NCBI GenBank assembly: GCA_903813345.2
Contig: CAIIXF020000001.1
Span: 16,616,001-16,680,000, forward strand
DNA from: Owenia fusiformis
Lineage: Eukaryota
DNA: 64,000 nucleotides
Direction: 5' to 3'
Below the pieces are notes generated by a model, which saw only the letters and a list, made by a program, of their open reading frames with translations, was not told the origin of the DNA and did not search any database. The translations under genes and the position numbers were made by a program. Shown here in pieces: positions 12,001 to 23,095 of this stretch (within the stretch, counting starts at the first letter, position 1; every line of letters starts with the position of its first letter).

Positions 12001-14656
12001 CAAGTACAACAGTATCTGCCTTCGGAGGTAACCCAACTACTACTGCTCCAAGTGGAACATTTGCCTTTGGGGCTGGTGCACCTTCAAGTGGCACTGGAGC
12101 CCCAGCAGGAGGATTTGGTCAAAGTACCACAAGTTCATCAAGTTCATTTGGACAATCTAGTAATATGTCAACCGGATTTGGTGCATCTACAAACTTATTT
12201 GGGCAAGGAGGCTCATCAAACAGTGGTTTTGGACAAAGTCTTGGAAGTAATGTTCCTTCTAATTCAACATCAACTTTTACATTTGGCACTAGTAAGCCAT
12301 CAACAGCAACAACAGCATCATTTGCCTTTGGTGGACCCAAGCCCCCAACTACAGCAAGTAGTGGTTTTAGCTTCACAGGAAATGCCCCATCAACTACATC
12401 TACTACTTCAGTATTTGGTGGTAGTTCAGCAGTGGCTACAACCACTTCAAGTTCAGCATTCTCGTTTGGTGCAGCAAGTACAGCAAAACCAGCACCAGCA
12501 TTTGGAGCCACCACAAACTCTGCCGTTCAAAATCAAGGATTTTCATTCGGATCCCCCACCCCTAGTGCCACTTCATCGGCACCATCTGTTTTCGGCAACC
12601 AATCGGGATCAACTACCCAAAATGCATTTGGATCTGGAAATCAATTTGGAGCACCATCCACCCAGTTTGGGGTTAGTTCTCAGAGCAGTGCCCCCCAATT
12701 AGGAGGCTCGGGTCCAGTTTTTGGGCAGAGCACCGCCCAGTCTTCTGGTTTTTCATTTGGAGCAACCTCTACCCCACAACAAAGTGCAGGAGACACATCT
12801 TCAGGATTTAACTTTGGTGAGTACACATATTGTCCTGATAAGAAGTATGTTCTTGTTAATAATATATGCTTTTTAAGATCTCCCAAATATTAATATCTCT
12901 TAAAAGATTTGTTCTATATTAAAAGATCTTATCAAATAATGAAGTTATTTAAGTGCAAAAATGGGTAAATTCTTCAGAATAATAAATGTTGAAAAATTAC
13001 TTAAACAATCTATAGTTTTTCTTGCGGTTAAGGAGCAAAGAATGGAGACTGGGGTTTTTAGAAAATAGACTTGTCAAGGAATGATACTTATGAGCCTCAA
13101 TTTTTTCTGACATTGAGACAAGTCTTTGTAAAGATTGTGCTGTATATCTTATTTTGCCTAAAATTATGGAACTAATTGAATGTAATGCATGTATGACTGA
13201 AATCTGGTGTTACTTTGTCCTGCCCCATTCTGGATACGGTTCGGAGAGATCAATTGTCCCAGTCTATTGTTACATAGCATTTATTACTCATTTTAGGTGC
13301 ATCAACTAATGCTGCTCCTAGCACATTTAACTTCTCTGCTGGAGGTCCCGCTGCACCTGCCTTTGGAGCCAATCAACCAGCCACATTTGGATCTACTCAA
13401 CCAGCCACTCAAGGTGCTGGAGGGTTTGGATTTGCAATAGGAACAGGTAAAAAAAATATGGATACATAGTATAATAAGGGGAAGTGTTAACCTGAAGTCA
13501 GAGTTACATCACATCGGATTACACATCCTGTGAATACTAGTTTTCAGTAATTCCGTACCATGGACAGAATCCGATTTTACTGTTGAATTCTTTCCTTATT
13601 CCAACATGTTTCAGTTTGCTAAAGTGATTGAAAATTCTTTCCAAGAAATTAGAGACTTTCCGCTTTTCCGCTTTTGTTTATTGCAGTATTTGAGATTTTT
13701 TGAAAATTTGAGCAGAATTTCCCTTTTCATGCAGAATGATTTTTGATTTTTTTCATACATAAAACTAGTATGTCTGATTTCATTGCAGTGCACATTGTAA
13801 TTTATACCTGATTAAATCACAGTCAACTAAATAACAGTACAGTGTTCAGAAAAACCTGAATATCAGAACCACATCTGTAATCAGAACATTCGTCAATGTG
13901 AGCAATCAGTCTTGATCCCAATTATGTTATCTCTCGTTGATTCATATGTAAAGAAATCTTTAAATGTGAACTCCTAGTAATCTGAACAATCTTGATCAGT
14001 CCCAAGGGTATACAGATTAAACATGTCGTACAGTTCAGTAAAACCTGTCAAAGTGGAACACCTTTGGAACCTCTAAAAAAATGTTCCAATTGTGAGGTGT
14101 TCCACTTTAGAGTTTTATTTAATGTTAAGTCATTTGGTCTTGGGGCTCTGAAAAGTGTTTCACTTAAAGAGGTGTCCTACCTCTAGAGGTTTTCCTCTTC
14201 ACAAGTTTCACTGTACATTGCTACTGATCAAATGACCCAAAAAGTAAAAACTTTCAACTCATAAATAAGAGTCTAAAAATAAAATAAGCCTCAGCAACCT
14301 CTTACTGACACTATTGCTGTAGTATGGTTCAATTTTTTTTCCAAAAATATTGAATTGCGAAAATTGCTTACCTTAATTCCTACCAAGCAAAGTTACAAAT
14401 AGTTTTCATCTTAAAAATTTGATTTGATTTTGCGGATAAAATAACAGTATACATTACAGTCCACATACAACTGCAACCTCATTTGTTGTTGAACTGAAGG
14501 ATTATTCAGTAAAATGCCCATTAGTACAAAAACAGGTGGTGTTCTAGATGAGACTATGGTATGTGTTAAACAATATTTCCTTTTTGTGATTCAGATAATA
14601 AAGCGGGAAGAGCCACCCCTACCCATAGAGCAAGGAGGAAGGGGACACGGAGGTGA
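3034..14656 (+). CDS. POM121: POM121-like nuclear pore membrane protein (12 coding exons, about 1314 aa)
   Basis: Phase-consistent GT-AG exons: 3034-3482, 5159-5416, 6797-6880, 7205-7288, 7842-8142, 8503-8648, 8803-8878, 9355-9486, 9655-9769, 10729-12816, 13297-13446, 14595-14656 (3945 nt). The N-terminus has a hydrophobic anchor (TLLCITVVLGLIIRFLYNF). Motifs NSRMVRSPSTIKIP, RSTVITALKKAREKR, KRNPIAISLSSS and ITEADLAKDRE resemble, in order, vertebrate POM121 motifs as I recall them. A long Ser/Thr-rich FxFG domain precedes a basic tail (HRARRKGTRR*). Confidence 0.8.
3641..4098. mobile_element. Foldback-type MITE with ~170-bp inverted arms
   Basis: 3641-~3809 (acaattgaaatggtcagaatgaccataaacatga...) is the imperfect reverse complement of ~3931-4098 (...tcatgtttatggtcattctgaccatttcaattgt). 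Confidence 0.8.
4753..5084. mobile_element. TA-flanked MITE
   Basis: Ends tactgttctctaggtatttttcgca and tgcgaaataaactaggagtacagta are imperfect inverted repeats. Internal cgcgaaat-like motifs. Confidence 0.5.
5609..6773. mobile_element. MITE interrupted by a nested HINE-like element
   Basis: cacaggaaaaggggtcttatcataaa (5620-5645) and tttgtgataagaccggttttcctgtg (~6736-6761) are inverted and enclose the 5758-6706 element. Confidence 0.55.
5758..6706 (+). mobile_element. Helentron-derived non-autonomous element (HINE/DINE-like), copy 1
   Basis: T-run, 5' subTIR atcccatcgaac (5761-5772), (ccgt/acgt)n microsatellite and central ~140-155-bp repeats with aaaatggcgg motifs. 3' subTIR gttcgatgggat (6668-6679) is followed by the hairpin gctacgc-tttg-gcgttgc. 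Confidence 0.75.
7349..7635 (+). pseudogene. Non-LTR (LINE) reverse transcriptase fragment in POM121 intron 4
   Basis: PTLFSIYLNDLI...ILAYAD(-)IILIA...LQQLLN...WCKKWRVEINKDKTKIMHF matches LINE RT domains 4-7. The YADD motif has lost one Asp. Confidence 0.85.
10729..12816 (+). CDS. POM121: Exon 10 of the POM121-like gene: S/T-rich FG-repeat domain
   Basis: The 739-aa ORF 10674-12893 trimmed to the acceptor ttcag|gt and donor g|gtgagt. Many FNFG/FSFG/FAFG/FTFG motifs. Confidence 0.9.
11384..11551 (+). repeat. In-frame 42-bp tandem repeat (GSATSAASSLGALS, about 4 copies)
   Basis: Near-identical units tctggatcagctacaagtgcggctagcagtcttggtgcttta. Confidence 0.9.
14037..14213. mobile_element. Tc1/mariner-type MITE (cagtaaaacctg family)
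   Basis: cagtaaaacctgtc...acaagtttcactg-ta. Related partial copies at ~10432-10610, ~13840-14025 and ~50175-50330. Confidence 0.5.
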
Positions 14657-17600
14657 TAGCTGACGAGTGAAATTGTTGTTTCAACGAAAAGCTTCAAAAG
14701 TACTTGACACTATTCCTATATTGTGACAGTGACAAGTATAGCCTGTGTGGAACAATAAATATGGTGAAATACAGCATAGCCAATCTGCTTCTACAGATGG
14801 CTACGAATTGAAGATATAGAACACTGTGATTGGTTGAACACTGATATTTGCAGTTAATTATCCATGAGGTAGATGTCATGGTGATCAGTTTTAAATTGAA
14901 AATAGTGTGGAAAGCATTGAAGCTTGAATAAGGATAAATAAGTATGAACAAGGATAAATTAAAAATCTACCATGCAGTGTTTATTCATCCTTCAAGATCG
15001 GTCCTTCACTGCTTTCATAGCAGATCATGTAATGCAATGAATTACTCTTGGGCCAAGGATGTGTTTATTAGATTGTATATAAATGCCAAAAATCAGGTGA
15101 CCCATATCATTTACTCCCTTGGAGGGAATGAAGTGGAAAAGGCATGGCGTGAAAGGCATATTATAGCCATAAGATAGATATGAGTCTATTATATCATTAA
15201 CACATTGTCCGGTGAATATAGGTTACTTGAGTCTCTAGCCAATAACTTAGCTAGAAATCATCTCATGTGGTATATCATGTACTGAGGAAAAGTTTGATTC
15301 AGAGACAGATTATTTTAAGAATATTTGTGAGAATACTCTCTGTACAAAAATTGAAATTGAAACAAACAATATCCTACATGAGATATAGCATGATACCATT
15401 ATTAAAATCAATGGGACTGCTATTCTTAAATCTCCCAAAATTTTCGACTTTATTTTGCTGTAGCAAAAAAACAAACAATAGACTCCTATGCTCGGAGAAA
15501 TAGGTACTGAAAAAATGTATTGATATATCTGTACTGATGTCATCAGTACAGAGAACAAGACATGTCATACTCAAACTAGTCTTGCATTATGCCGTTGTGA
15601 TCCCCCTCCCCACTTACCTCTGAAGGTGAAATAGAAATAGACAAGAGGGACTGTGACCTGATACAAGATTTACGTCATCCAATTTTTCAGCATCTACTTA
15701 TGATTGTGGATTTCAAGTGACCTTTGAATGTTTGTCAAATCAGTGTCCCATTTTTGCACTCTTGTTCAAAAATGGGCAAAAGTCAAATTGTCAAAATTTA
15801 GAAAAAATTTAAATTCTGACTTCCTAAAGGCAAGAGAAATGGTTTGGCCAAGGAGGTTTTGAAAGGAACAGATAAAAACATTTAATTTGAAGGTAACACC
15901 TTGATCATGATGTCAGACATTAGATTTATTAAGTCTAAGCATGAGTTCAAAGTTTATTTCATTTGATTCCAATAAGCAATGCATAATGGTGTATTGCCAG
16001 AAATCTTTTTAAAAAGTAAGTAATCAACAATCAACAATCAAAAGTAGTAATCAACAATCATACACAGTTAATTTCATGAAGGATACTAGCTATTTTCAGA
16101 CTTCAGAGAGAAAATGTAAATATGCTTCATATATTTATCAACTTTTCAACATTATGAGGAGACTGAAGATGTAATGTACATTGCTTTGTATGAATGTATT
16201 TTAACAATTTGAATAAAACAAATCATGTGTACTCTAAGATATAAACATATAGTATGTTTCTGAGCTTAAAAGGCCTACCCTCGACTACTTGAAGAATCAC
16301 TCTGAGGATACTGTATTTGTGTTTTCTTTGGTGGGCATTTGGAAAAATTAGCAATTTTAAGAAAAATCACAAAATTAATCTGATTGTCTTTCCAAGGATC
16401 CTATTTAGGTAATTTTACATCTTGCAAAAACACCAAATTAAATAGACGTCAATGTGTCGAAAATGCAAAAAGGTTAAATTGTAGTACATGTAGCTCCGAA
16501 ATGAAGAATACAGTATATTGAGTGATATTTGAACAAGGAACACAATACAACCCCCTCTCAAAAGCATACTCTGACTTACGCTACACTTTAGTACTATAAT
16601 GGCTTTGGAGAGTATCATCAGATGGTGTAATTATACTCATTGGGTAATCATGAACATATTGGTATAGTCTTCAATTTTTTGTGGACGATATTTGGTGTTC
16701 AGCGATCAGTATCTGTAACAAATGGCAGGTGGTGATAGTTTGCATGTCTTGCTGGATGCCATGCCTTGTTTCAAAATAGGTATGGCATGGAATGATGACA
16801 GTGTGGGATTTTGGTTTTTCCTCAGGATTCAGAGATAAACCTATCCCCATGTAAAGAGAACCCTTTACATGTAAAAAGAACCCTTTACAAGTTAATCTTT
16901 ACTTCAATAGGTTCATCTACAATTCTGGGATGTGTCCTCATCTTGTAAAATTGTGACAATATTTCCAGAACTTCTTATTCCTTTAAATGGCATTTTAATG
17001 GTCACCAATTGACAACACATATGTATTTGATTTAATTGTTTTAGAAAACAATTTTTGTTTTTCATTGCACATTGTTTTCATAGTAACATAATATCTAAAA
17101 AAAAAAGATAAAATAAATATCCTCAAAAATAGTAAAAATTAAATTATACATTTTATTTTATTAATAAGATAATTATTATTTTAATTGAATCAAACTTTCC
17201 TTTGTACATGTATAATTAAAACATTGAGAGACTAGATATGTTGTGTATATGTTGTTTTGTTCCAACGAAGTTTTGATAGATGTTTCATTCATTCCAAACA
17301 CATGGTACCAAGAATAAAATACAAAACAATATACAAAAAGTAGATATACACATTTTCAAATTAACTTGTTACGATTCAAAAGATGACCATTTCAATACAT
17401 TGATGGTGTGCACATTTTTCAGAATTTGTTGACTGATTTAAGAGAAAAAATGTGTTCAGTTTAGTTCACCATAATGCTACCAATCCCTTGATCTTGTCCT
17501 TCTCTGAATTATAGTGTTAACCTTCATGACTCCTGATCAAGAATATGATTTCAAATGCATAATTGGTGGATCATGGTTTCATTGGTGAAAGAGTGTTGAT

Positions 17601-17798
17601 TTTTATTGAACCCTATTGTGATTATTTAATATTCAAGTGAAAGATGAATCAACATTATGAAAGGTTAGGTAAAGGATCAGACCATAATTAACTTCGTTTT
17701 TCCATGACTGTTGATAATTGGACATCATCACTTAACATATATGGTTTTGAGTTTATTGTGTCTCTTCCCACAAGCCTGCAACATGCTGCCATCTATAT

Positions 17799-18218
17799 CA
17801 CACCGGAATAGCCTGATAAGGGTAAAGTCAGATACCGTTGTCACAAATGGCGGACATAACCGTCGCTTCAACTCTTTAATCACTTGGTCCTCATTTCGTG
17901 GGCTTTTATCGTCGCTAATTCTGTGCTTGTATTAAGCTCTTTTGATGATGTATCATATGAAATCCCAATTTCGATCAAATTCGGTCGTTAATCGCCACAA
18001 TATAGCATCTTTGATATCATCAATGACAACAGAATCTGAATTTGAAATAATATTAACTGTACAATGAGTATAAAGACACTTGATTGTTGTTCCAAAAGAA
18101 TTTAGTCTAAGTGCTCTATTAAACATACAGTTCATGAAAATCTAATTGAAGCGACGATTATGTCCGCCATTTGTGACAACGGTATCTGACTCTACCGTTG
18201 TCAGGCTATTCCGGTGTG
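17799..18218. mobile_element. MITE with ~73-bp TIRs in a TA-rich site
   Basis: cacaccggaatagcctga...gtcagataccgttgtcacaaatggcggacataaccgtcgcttcaa pairs with ttgaagcgacgattatgtccgccatttgtgacaacggtatctgac...tcaggctattccggtgtg. Confidence 0.8.
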
Positions 18219-18447
18219 TATATACAAATGCACCTGAAATGCATACTGATGTCTGAGGGTAACAGTTTTGTGTTTGTACAATTTTTCAAAAACTATCTCT
18301 GAGATCTAAGGGGATAAAAGTGGGTTTTATGAGATGGAGGTTTAGTAATTTTTCAATGTTGCATTGTGTAAATTGTTGATTTTTTTTATAATTGGATATG
18401 CCGATAATAAATCTGCCAGCAAAGAATGATTTGCATATAAGTATGTC

Positions 18448-20402
18448 CACGGGGGATAAGCAAAACGAGGGCGAAGCCACGGACTGCGACTCGCGTAACT
18501 TTACACCGCAGCCCAGCGCCAAAATGGAGGGACATCCGGCAGTGCCTTCTGCTTCTTCCGACAAAATAGAGAAATCCAGGTATTTTAAATGCTATCGTAG
18601 TGTCTAATCGGTGACCAAAATATTACTCTGTATCTACTGTTGGTCTGTAGATAAGAAAATAAGCAGTTGTCCAGATCAAGCTAAAACAGTAGCAAAGTTT
18701 TGATTTTACCTGTAAAATATGTGCATATTATTTAATTTACTATACATTTGAAAGGAGTTTTAACACGTTTCTGATATCTAAAGGTTAGTTGAGGCTCCGA
18801 GTATAATTCGTGAAAATGATTTGATAATAGAATGTGTTCATGAGGAGAAAATTAGATTCAAACTGCGCATTCATAGTGGACGCAGTCCAGTAAACAAAGC
18901 TATTTCAACAACGCAACACAGCCTCCATTGATATTCTAAGCAACGCAGTCCAGCCGCGAACACGAAATAAATAAGATAGTGTAAACTATATTCCTACGCT
19001 ATTATTGTTTCAGGAAAAGAAAGTCAGCATCCAGATTATCATTCAAAGTTACGTTGATTAACATATATCTATTACCTGAATCAATGTCCCAAATTGCTAT
19101 ATTGTATCGTTTAAGACCTAGAAATATGGCAATTCAATAGCGTATTTGGCAGAACAGTCGAGCGCAAGATGACAACGTAATATGTTTATTACAAACCAAT
19201 TTGTGAATAGGGTTAAATATATAGATAATTGGATAGTGGTGAGACTTTTTATAAGAAGTAGAAATGCGAAACAATTAACTTTTTGATGATGCCATAAAAG
19301 CTGTTGGGGAAGGGTACATTAACTAGTATTTAAGATATCAGGAAAATATCAAATAATTGGAGAGTTGGTGAGTAAATGTAATTTTGGATGATCTTTCCAG
19401 CAGTCCATCAATATTGCTAGCTACCATAAATTCATGATTTCAGCTGTATTTGACAGCTTGTATATATTTGCAGAATGGATTGAGACACGATGTAGGTCTA
19501 TTAACCTCTTGAATACCCAGAGTGACGGATATATCCGTCACAAATGAAATAAGACTGGTGCCCAGAGGGACGAGAAAATCCGTCACAAAATTTTTCACAA
19601 AAATTGCTCTCATTTGAACAATTTTCATCCAATTTACACAAAAATTGTTTTAAAACGTGTAGAAATGATCTCCAATTTTACTAAGCTGAGCATCTAAAGT
19701 TGTATAGGTATGTAATAAAATGTCAAAAGGTGGCAAAAAACGAAAAATTCTCTGGTTTCATGACAATTTTAGAGCCTGGGATTCAAGAGGTTAAAATAGC
19801 CCGTTATATTCAATTTTGTCCAATGTTGCTCCATTTTGGCCACACCTGTACACACATTGTGCTATCTACCTTTGGCTGTGATTGCGTTCAGCTTCAGATA
19901 TAAAACAACACTGAGTCGCGGACTGCGTTGGGCAGATGGATGGACTGCGACTATTATAAATTCCAATTTTCTATGTAATTGTACGTTTTCCGCTTACCAA
20001 ATATCACACGAAGATGTAATTGTAACAACAGAACATGAATAATTATATTAATTCGATGACATTTCTGATTCCTTTGTTTAAATCGGTATATTAGGGACAA
20101 ATATTGACAAAATTACATTTTTTGTGGCAGATTTCGAATTCATTTGTGTTCAGGCTGAACTATTGGACAGCCGAGCACCAAGAATGCCATTGCAGGTGGA
20201 GTATGAATATGTTGATCACCGACTGGAACATACTAGCTATTCTGTAGAATATCCAAACCAATAATCTACCCCAAATCCTAACATGCCTTCCAAATTAAGT
20301 TTGCACTTACCGCCATTGTTCAGCTATAATGCGTTGTAACCTCGTTTTGAATTACGCGAGTCGCAGTCCGTGGCTTCGCCCTCGTTTTGCTTATCCCCCG
20401 TG
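18448..20402. mobile_element. 1955-bp non-autonomous DNA transposon, CAC...GTG ends, ~52-bp TIRs, 5-bp TSD
   Basis: TIR cacgggggataagcaaaacgagggcgaagccacggactgcgactcgcgtaa and its exact reverse complement ending at 20402. TSD atgtc at 18443-18447 and 20403-20407. Confidence 0.85.
19505..19790. mobile_element. piggyBac-type MITE nested in the 18448-20402 element
   Basis: TTAA on both sides (19501-19504, 19791-19794). TIR cctcttgaatacccag / ctgggattcaagagg. Confidence 0.75.
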
Positions 20403-20874
20403 ATGTCTTTAAACGTATCAACGAGTTAGTGTATACGTCATTGAACATGGGATGAGTAAATCCTAGATTACTATTATTATTAATCTGTATTCTGGATATC
20501 TCAGAACAACCTCTGTCTTCAATGCCCCCACCCATTTTGCACCCTTCTATGTCATTCCTGATATTCCATTATACTCCTTGAACAATCATGTAATTCACTT
20601 GAGTTACAAGATACAGGACAAATAAAATCCAAAATGGGGCTCCCGAAGGGTGAATTAAAATAGAAATATAACTTTTTCGATTTTTATGAAATATATCATG
20701 ATGAATGGTATAAACATTTTGGAGGATAAACTATAGAGAGGGAATGACTTTCCTTGAAAAAATAATCCAAAATTAATGTTCAATACTGAGATAACATTTT
20801 TTAAAAATACATATATGACTAAGTTAAAGGTTTTGTAATTCAGTTTTGGCTCATGAAAAGTGGCCTATAACTCA

Positions 20875-21472
20875 GTGTTACGCGGTATATGGCATACATT
20901 CATGGTTGCGCAGTATTTGTGATACGGGTGAATATGCCATACTCCGCAGGTGAGTATGAGATATTCCGCAGTGAATATGCGATACTCACCTGCGGAATAT
21001 GTCATACTCACTTGCGGAATATGCCATATACCGCAGGTGAATATGACATATACCGCAGGTGAAAATGTGATACAAAAAGCCTTGATTTGATTGGTTGCGA
21101 GAATCGACTCTAAATGTAAAACTACGCTGGATAACCAATATAGTTAGTTCATCGAGTACTAATATATGAATCCTGGATTGGTTGAGTAAGTTTATTACTT
21201 GAGATTGGTGACTGATACTTCTGCTAAGTTAATAAATTCGATAGACAGTTCTGTTGATTCAGTAATCATTATAATAACTTATATCGTTTTACATGTTCGT
21301 TCAATCTATGCAATTGACAATTGCGTACTTCCGTATCACATTCTCATTGTGTATGCCATATACCGCAGGTGAATCTGTCATACACCGCAAGTGAATATGC
21401 CATATTCGTTGCGGAATATGACATATTCGTTGCGGAATATGACATATTTTTGTATCGTGTTTACCACGTAAC
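20875..21472. mobile_element. TGT...ACA-ended element with ~22-bp subterminal repeats
   Basis: tgttacgcggta / taccacgtaaca ends. Arrays of gaatatgccatataccgcaggt-like units occur in both orientations at 20930-21065 and 21350-21445. No clear TSD. Confidence 0.55.
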
Positions 21473-21775
21473 ATAAATGACCATGAGAGATACTATGTCC
21501 AAAATTCCCTATGGGTGTTGGATTTTGCAAAAAACATTTATTAATGTGCCATATCAAGGTAGCTGTAACTTCATTTAACCTTATAGATAAATGAGACCAA
21601 TTGTTGATAACTTTTATTGAAGTTTTCCATTGATGTATTGACTGAGTATATACTAGCATACTCTACTTTCGGCCACTATACATGTACCCCTCATGCCATT
21701 GATCATGTGACTGATATGATACAGTACAGTAAACAGAGGGTCTTAAGACCAGTTGGGTTGAATAATCTGGCTTTT

Positions 21776-21911
21776 ATGTCACCATGACAAATGGTGACTT
21801 TTTGCTACAGTGTTCCAACTTTTTTTTGTGGTGACACTTGGTGTTCGGTGGTTGGTGTTCGGCATCTGTAATATATGGCAGGTGGTGGCATTTTGCATGT
21901 TAATGCATTGT
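21776..21911 (+). mobile_element. Short (~135 bp) dispersed repeat family, representative copy
   Basis: atgtcacca...tctgtaacaaatggcaggtggtgacattttgcatgttaatgcattgt consensus. Other copies, all on +, at ~728-863, ~7324-7685 (interrupted), ~8897-9000, ~9200-9286, ~16676-16765 and ~29315-29449. Confidence 0.75.
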
Positions 21912-22061
21912 CTAAAATTCCAATTCAGATATATACATGAAAAATATACTAAGACTACACCTTTATGCAAACAGCATCAACCAGACATAAACCCACTCTA
22001 TACAATGTTCTGATAAAGCAATGATGCGTAATTGAAGTTGCACTTCTTCATTCTAGTCTCC

Positions 22062-22329
22062 AGGAGGGGAAGGCCTGGTGGTCTGCCCCCTTGGGTGGGC
22101 CCAGAAAAAAAATTGGGCTTTAAAAAAATTTTGGGTGAAAAAGGCCTTAAGGCCCCAAAAAGTGGGCATTTTTTGGTCATTACTGGGCCTTTTAAGCCCT
22201 TATTTTTTAATTTCAGGTCAAAATTTCAAAATATGGGCCCACTTTTGGGTGTTAAGGGCCCAACATTTTTTCTCCAACCTGAAATTTGCGCCCCCTCCCC
22301 CCTTGTTGGCTCCCAGATCCGCCTCTGCC
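22062..22329 (-). mobile_element. GC-rich MITE-like repeat (cagaggcggatct-type end)
   Basis: GC-rich island with repeated gggccc motifs, ending cagatccgcctctg. A similar end (caggcccgtatcca) occurs at ~52200. Confidence 0.4.
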
Positions 22330-22904
22330 TTGGAATTTTGTAAGAAACTGGATAAACTTCAATAAAACAAGGTACCAGTGAAGAATGCCTCTGAACGAAA
22401 GGCCTATGCGCAGAAAATATAAAAATAAAGAAATAAGCATGTCGTGTTTATCATTTGGGAGCCCCATCCTGCATTTTATAACATTCATCTAACTACTAAC
22501 TACTATAAAGTAACTACTATAATTTATTATCAGGCTACTAATCATACTATAGCCCCACTCAGCCCACCCCCTCTGACTAATTATCCCCAAAAAACTTAAC
22601 ATTGCCTATTATATCAATATGAAATTGCATGCAGGTGTCTCTGCTGACTGCTCTTTGATCCTACTGTTTATGCAAATCAGGTGTTTAGGCTGACAATAGA
22701 GGGAGGTCTGAGTAAACAAATAGACCGAAGTTTCCTTATTGCATTTACATGATTTTCTACCACTAATATACCATATAAATCTATGCTGTAAAAAGCAGAA
22801 TTAATGGCAGTATGTCATCTGTAATATGGTATAAGTTTTGTTGTTCTGGGATGATTGGAAGGGGGTGAATTTGAAAGAAAAACATTCGAGTACTTTGTTT
22901 GGTA

Positions 22905-23095
22905 TCAGTGATGACGTCACGAGATCGAGGAACCACATGCGACCTCGAAACCTCCATGAGAACTATCTTATAATTGTACTTCTCTCAAAGTTTAGATACG
23001 CTAGCTATTTTGTAGTGATCACTGTATAGGATTCATGATTTGGATATCCGAATAATAGCGTGGTTCAGCTGAGGAATCATTGTAAAAGGGTAAGT
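22905..23095 (+). promoter_or_regulatory. Putative promoter and non-coding first exon of the BAZ2-like gene
   Basis: Perfect CRE palindrome TGACGTCA (22912-22919), local CpG enrichment and a consensus donor g|gtaagt at 23090. A second donor lies at 23663. The ATG exon at 27933 starts with a splice acceptor, so an upstream exon is expected. Confidence 0.4.

Noticed and set aside
10616-12886. Minus-strand ORFs (448, 131, 68 aa) and alternate-frame ORFs (267, 61 aa)
   Set aside because: They are shadows of the low-complexity FG exon, with no independent domain or splice support.
3034-14656. Calling the gene NUP153, NUP98, NUP62 or NUP214
   Set aside because: No RanBP2 zinc fingers, GLFG/autoprotease, C-terminal coiled coil or beta-propeller are seen, and an N-terminal TM segment is present.
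18448-18500. RSS heptamer-nonamer in the CAC element TIR
   Set aside because: Only CAC matches; there is no nonamer at 12/23 spacing and the two ends are symmetric.
18286-18607. ORFs across the GC-rich patch as a possible exon or promoter
   Set aside because: They straddle a transposon TIR and its TSD.
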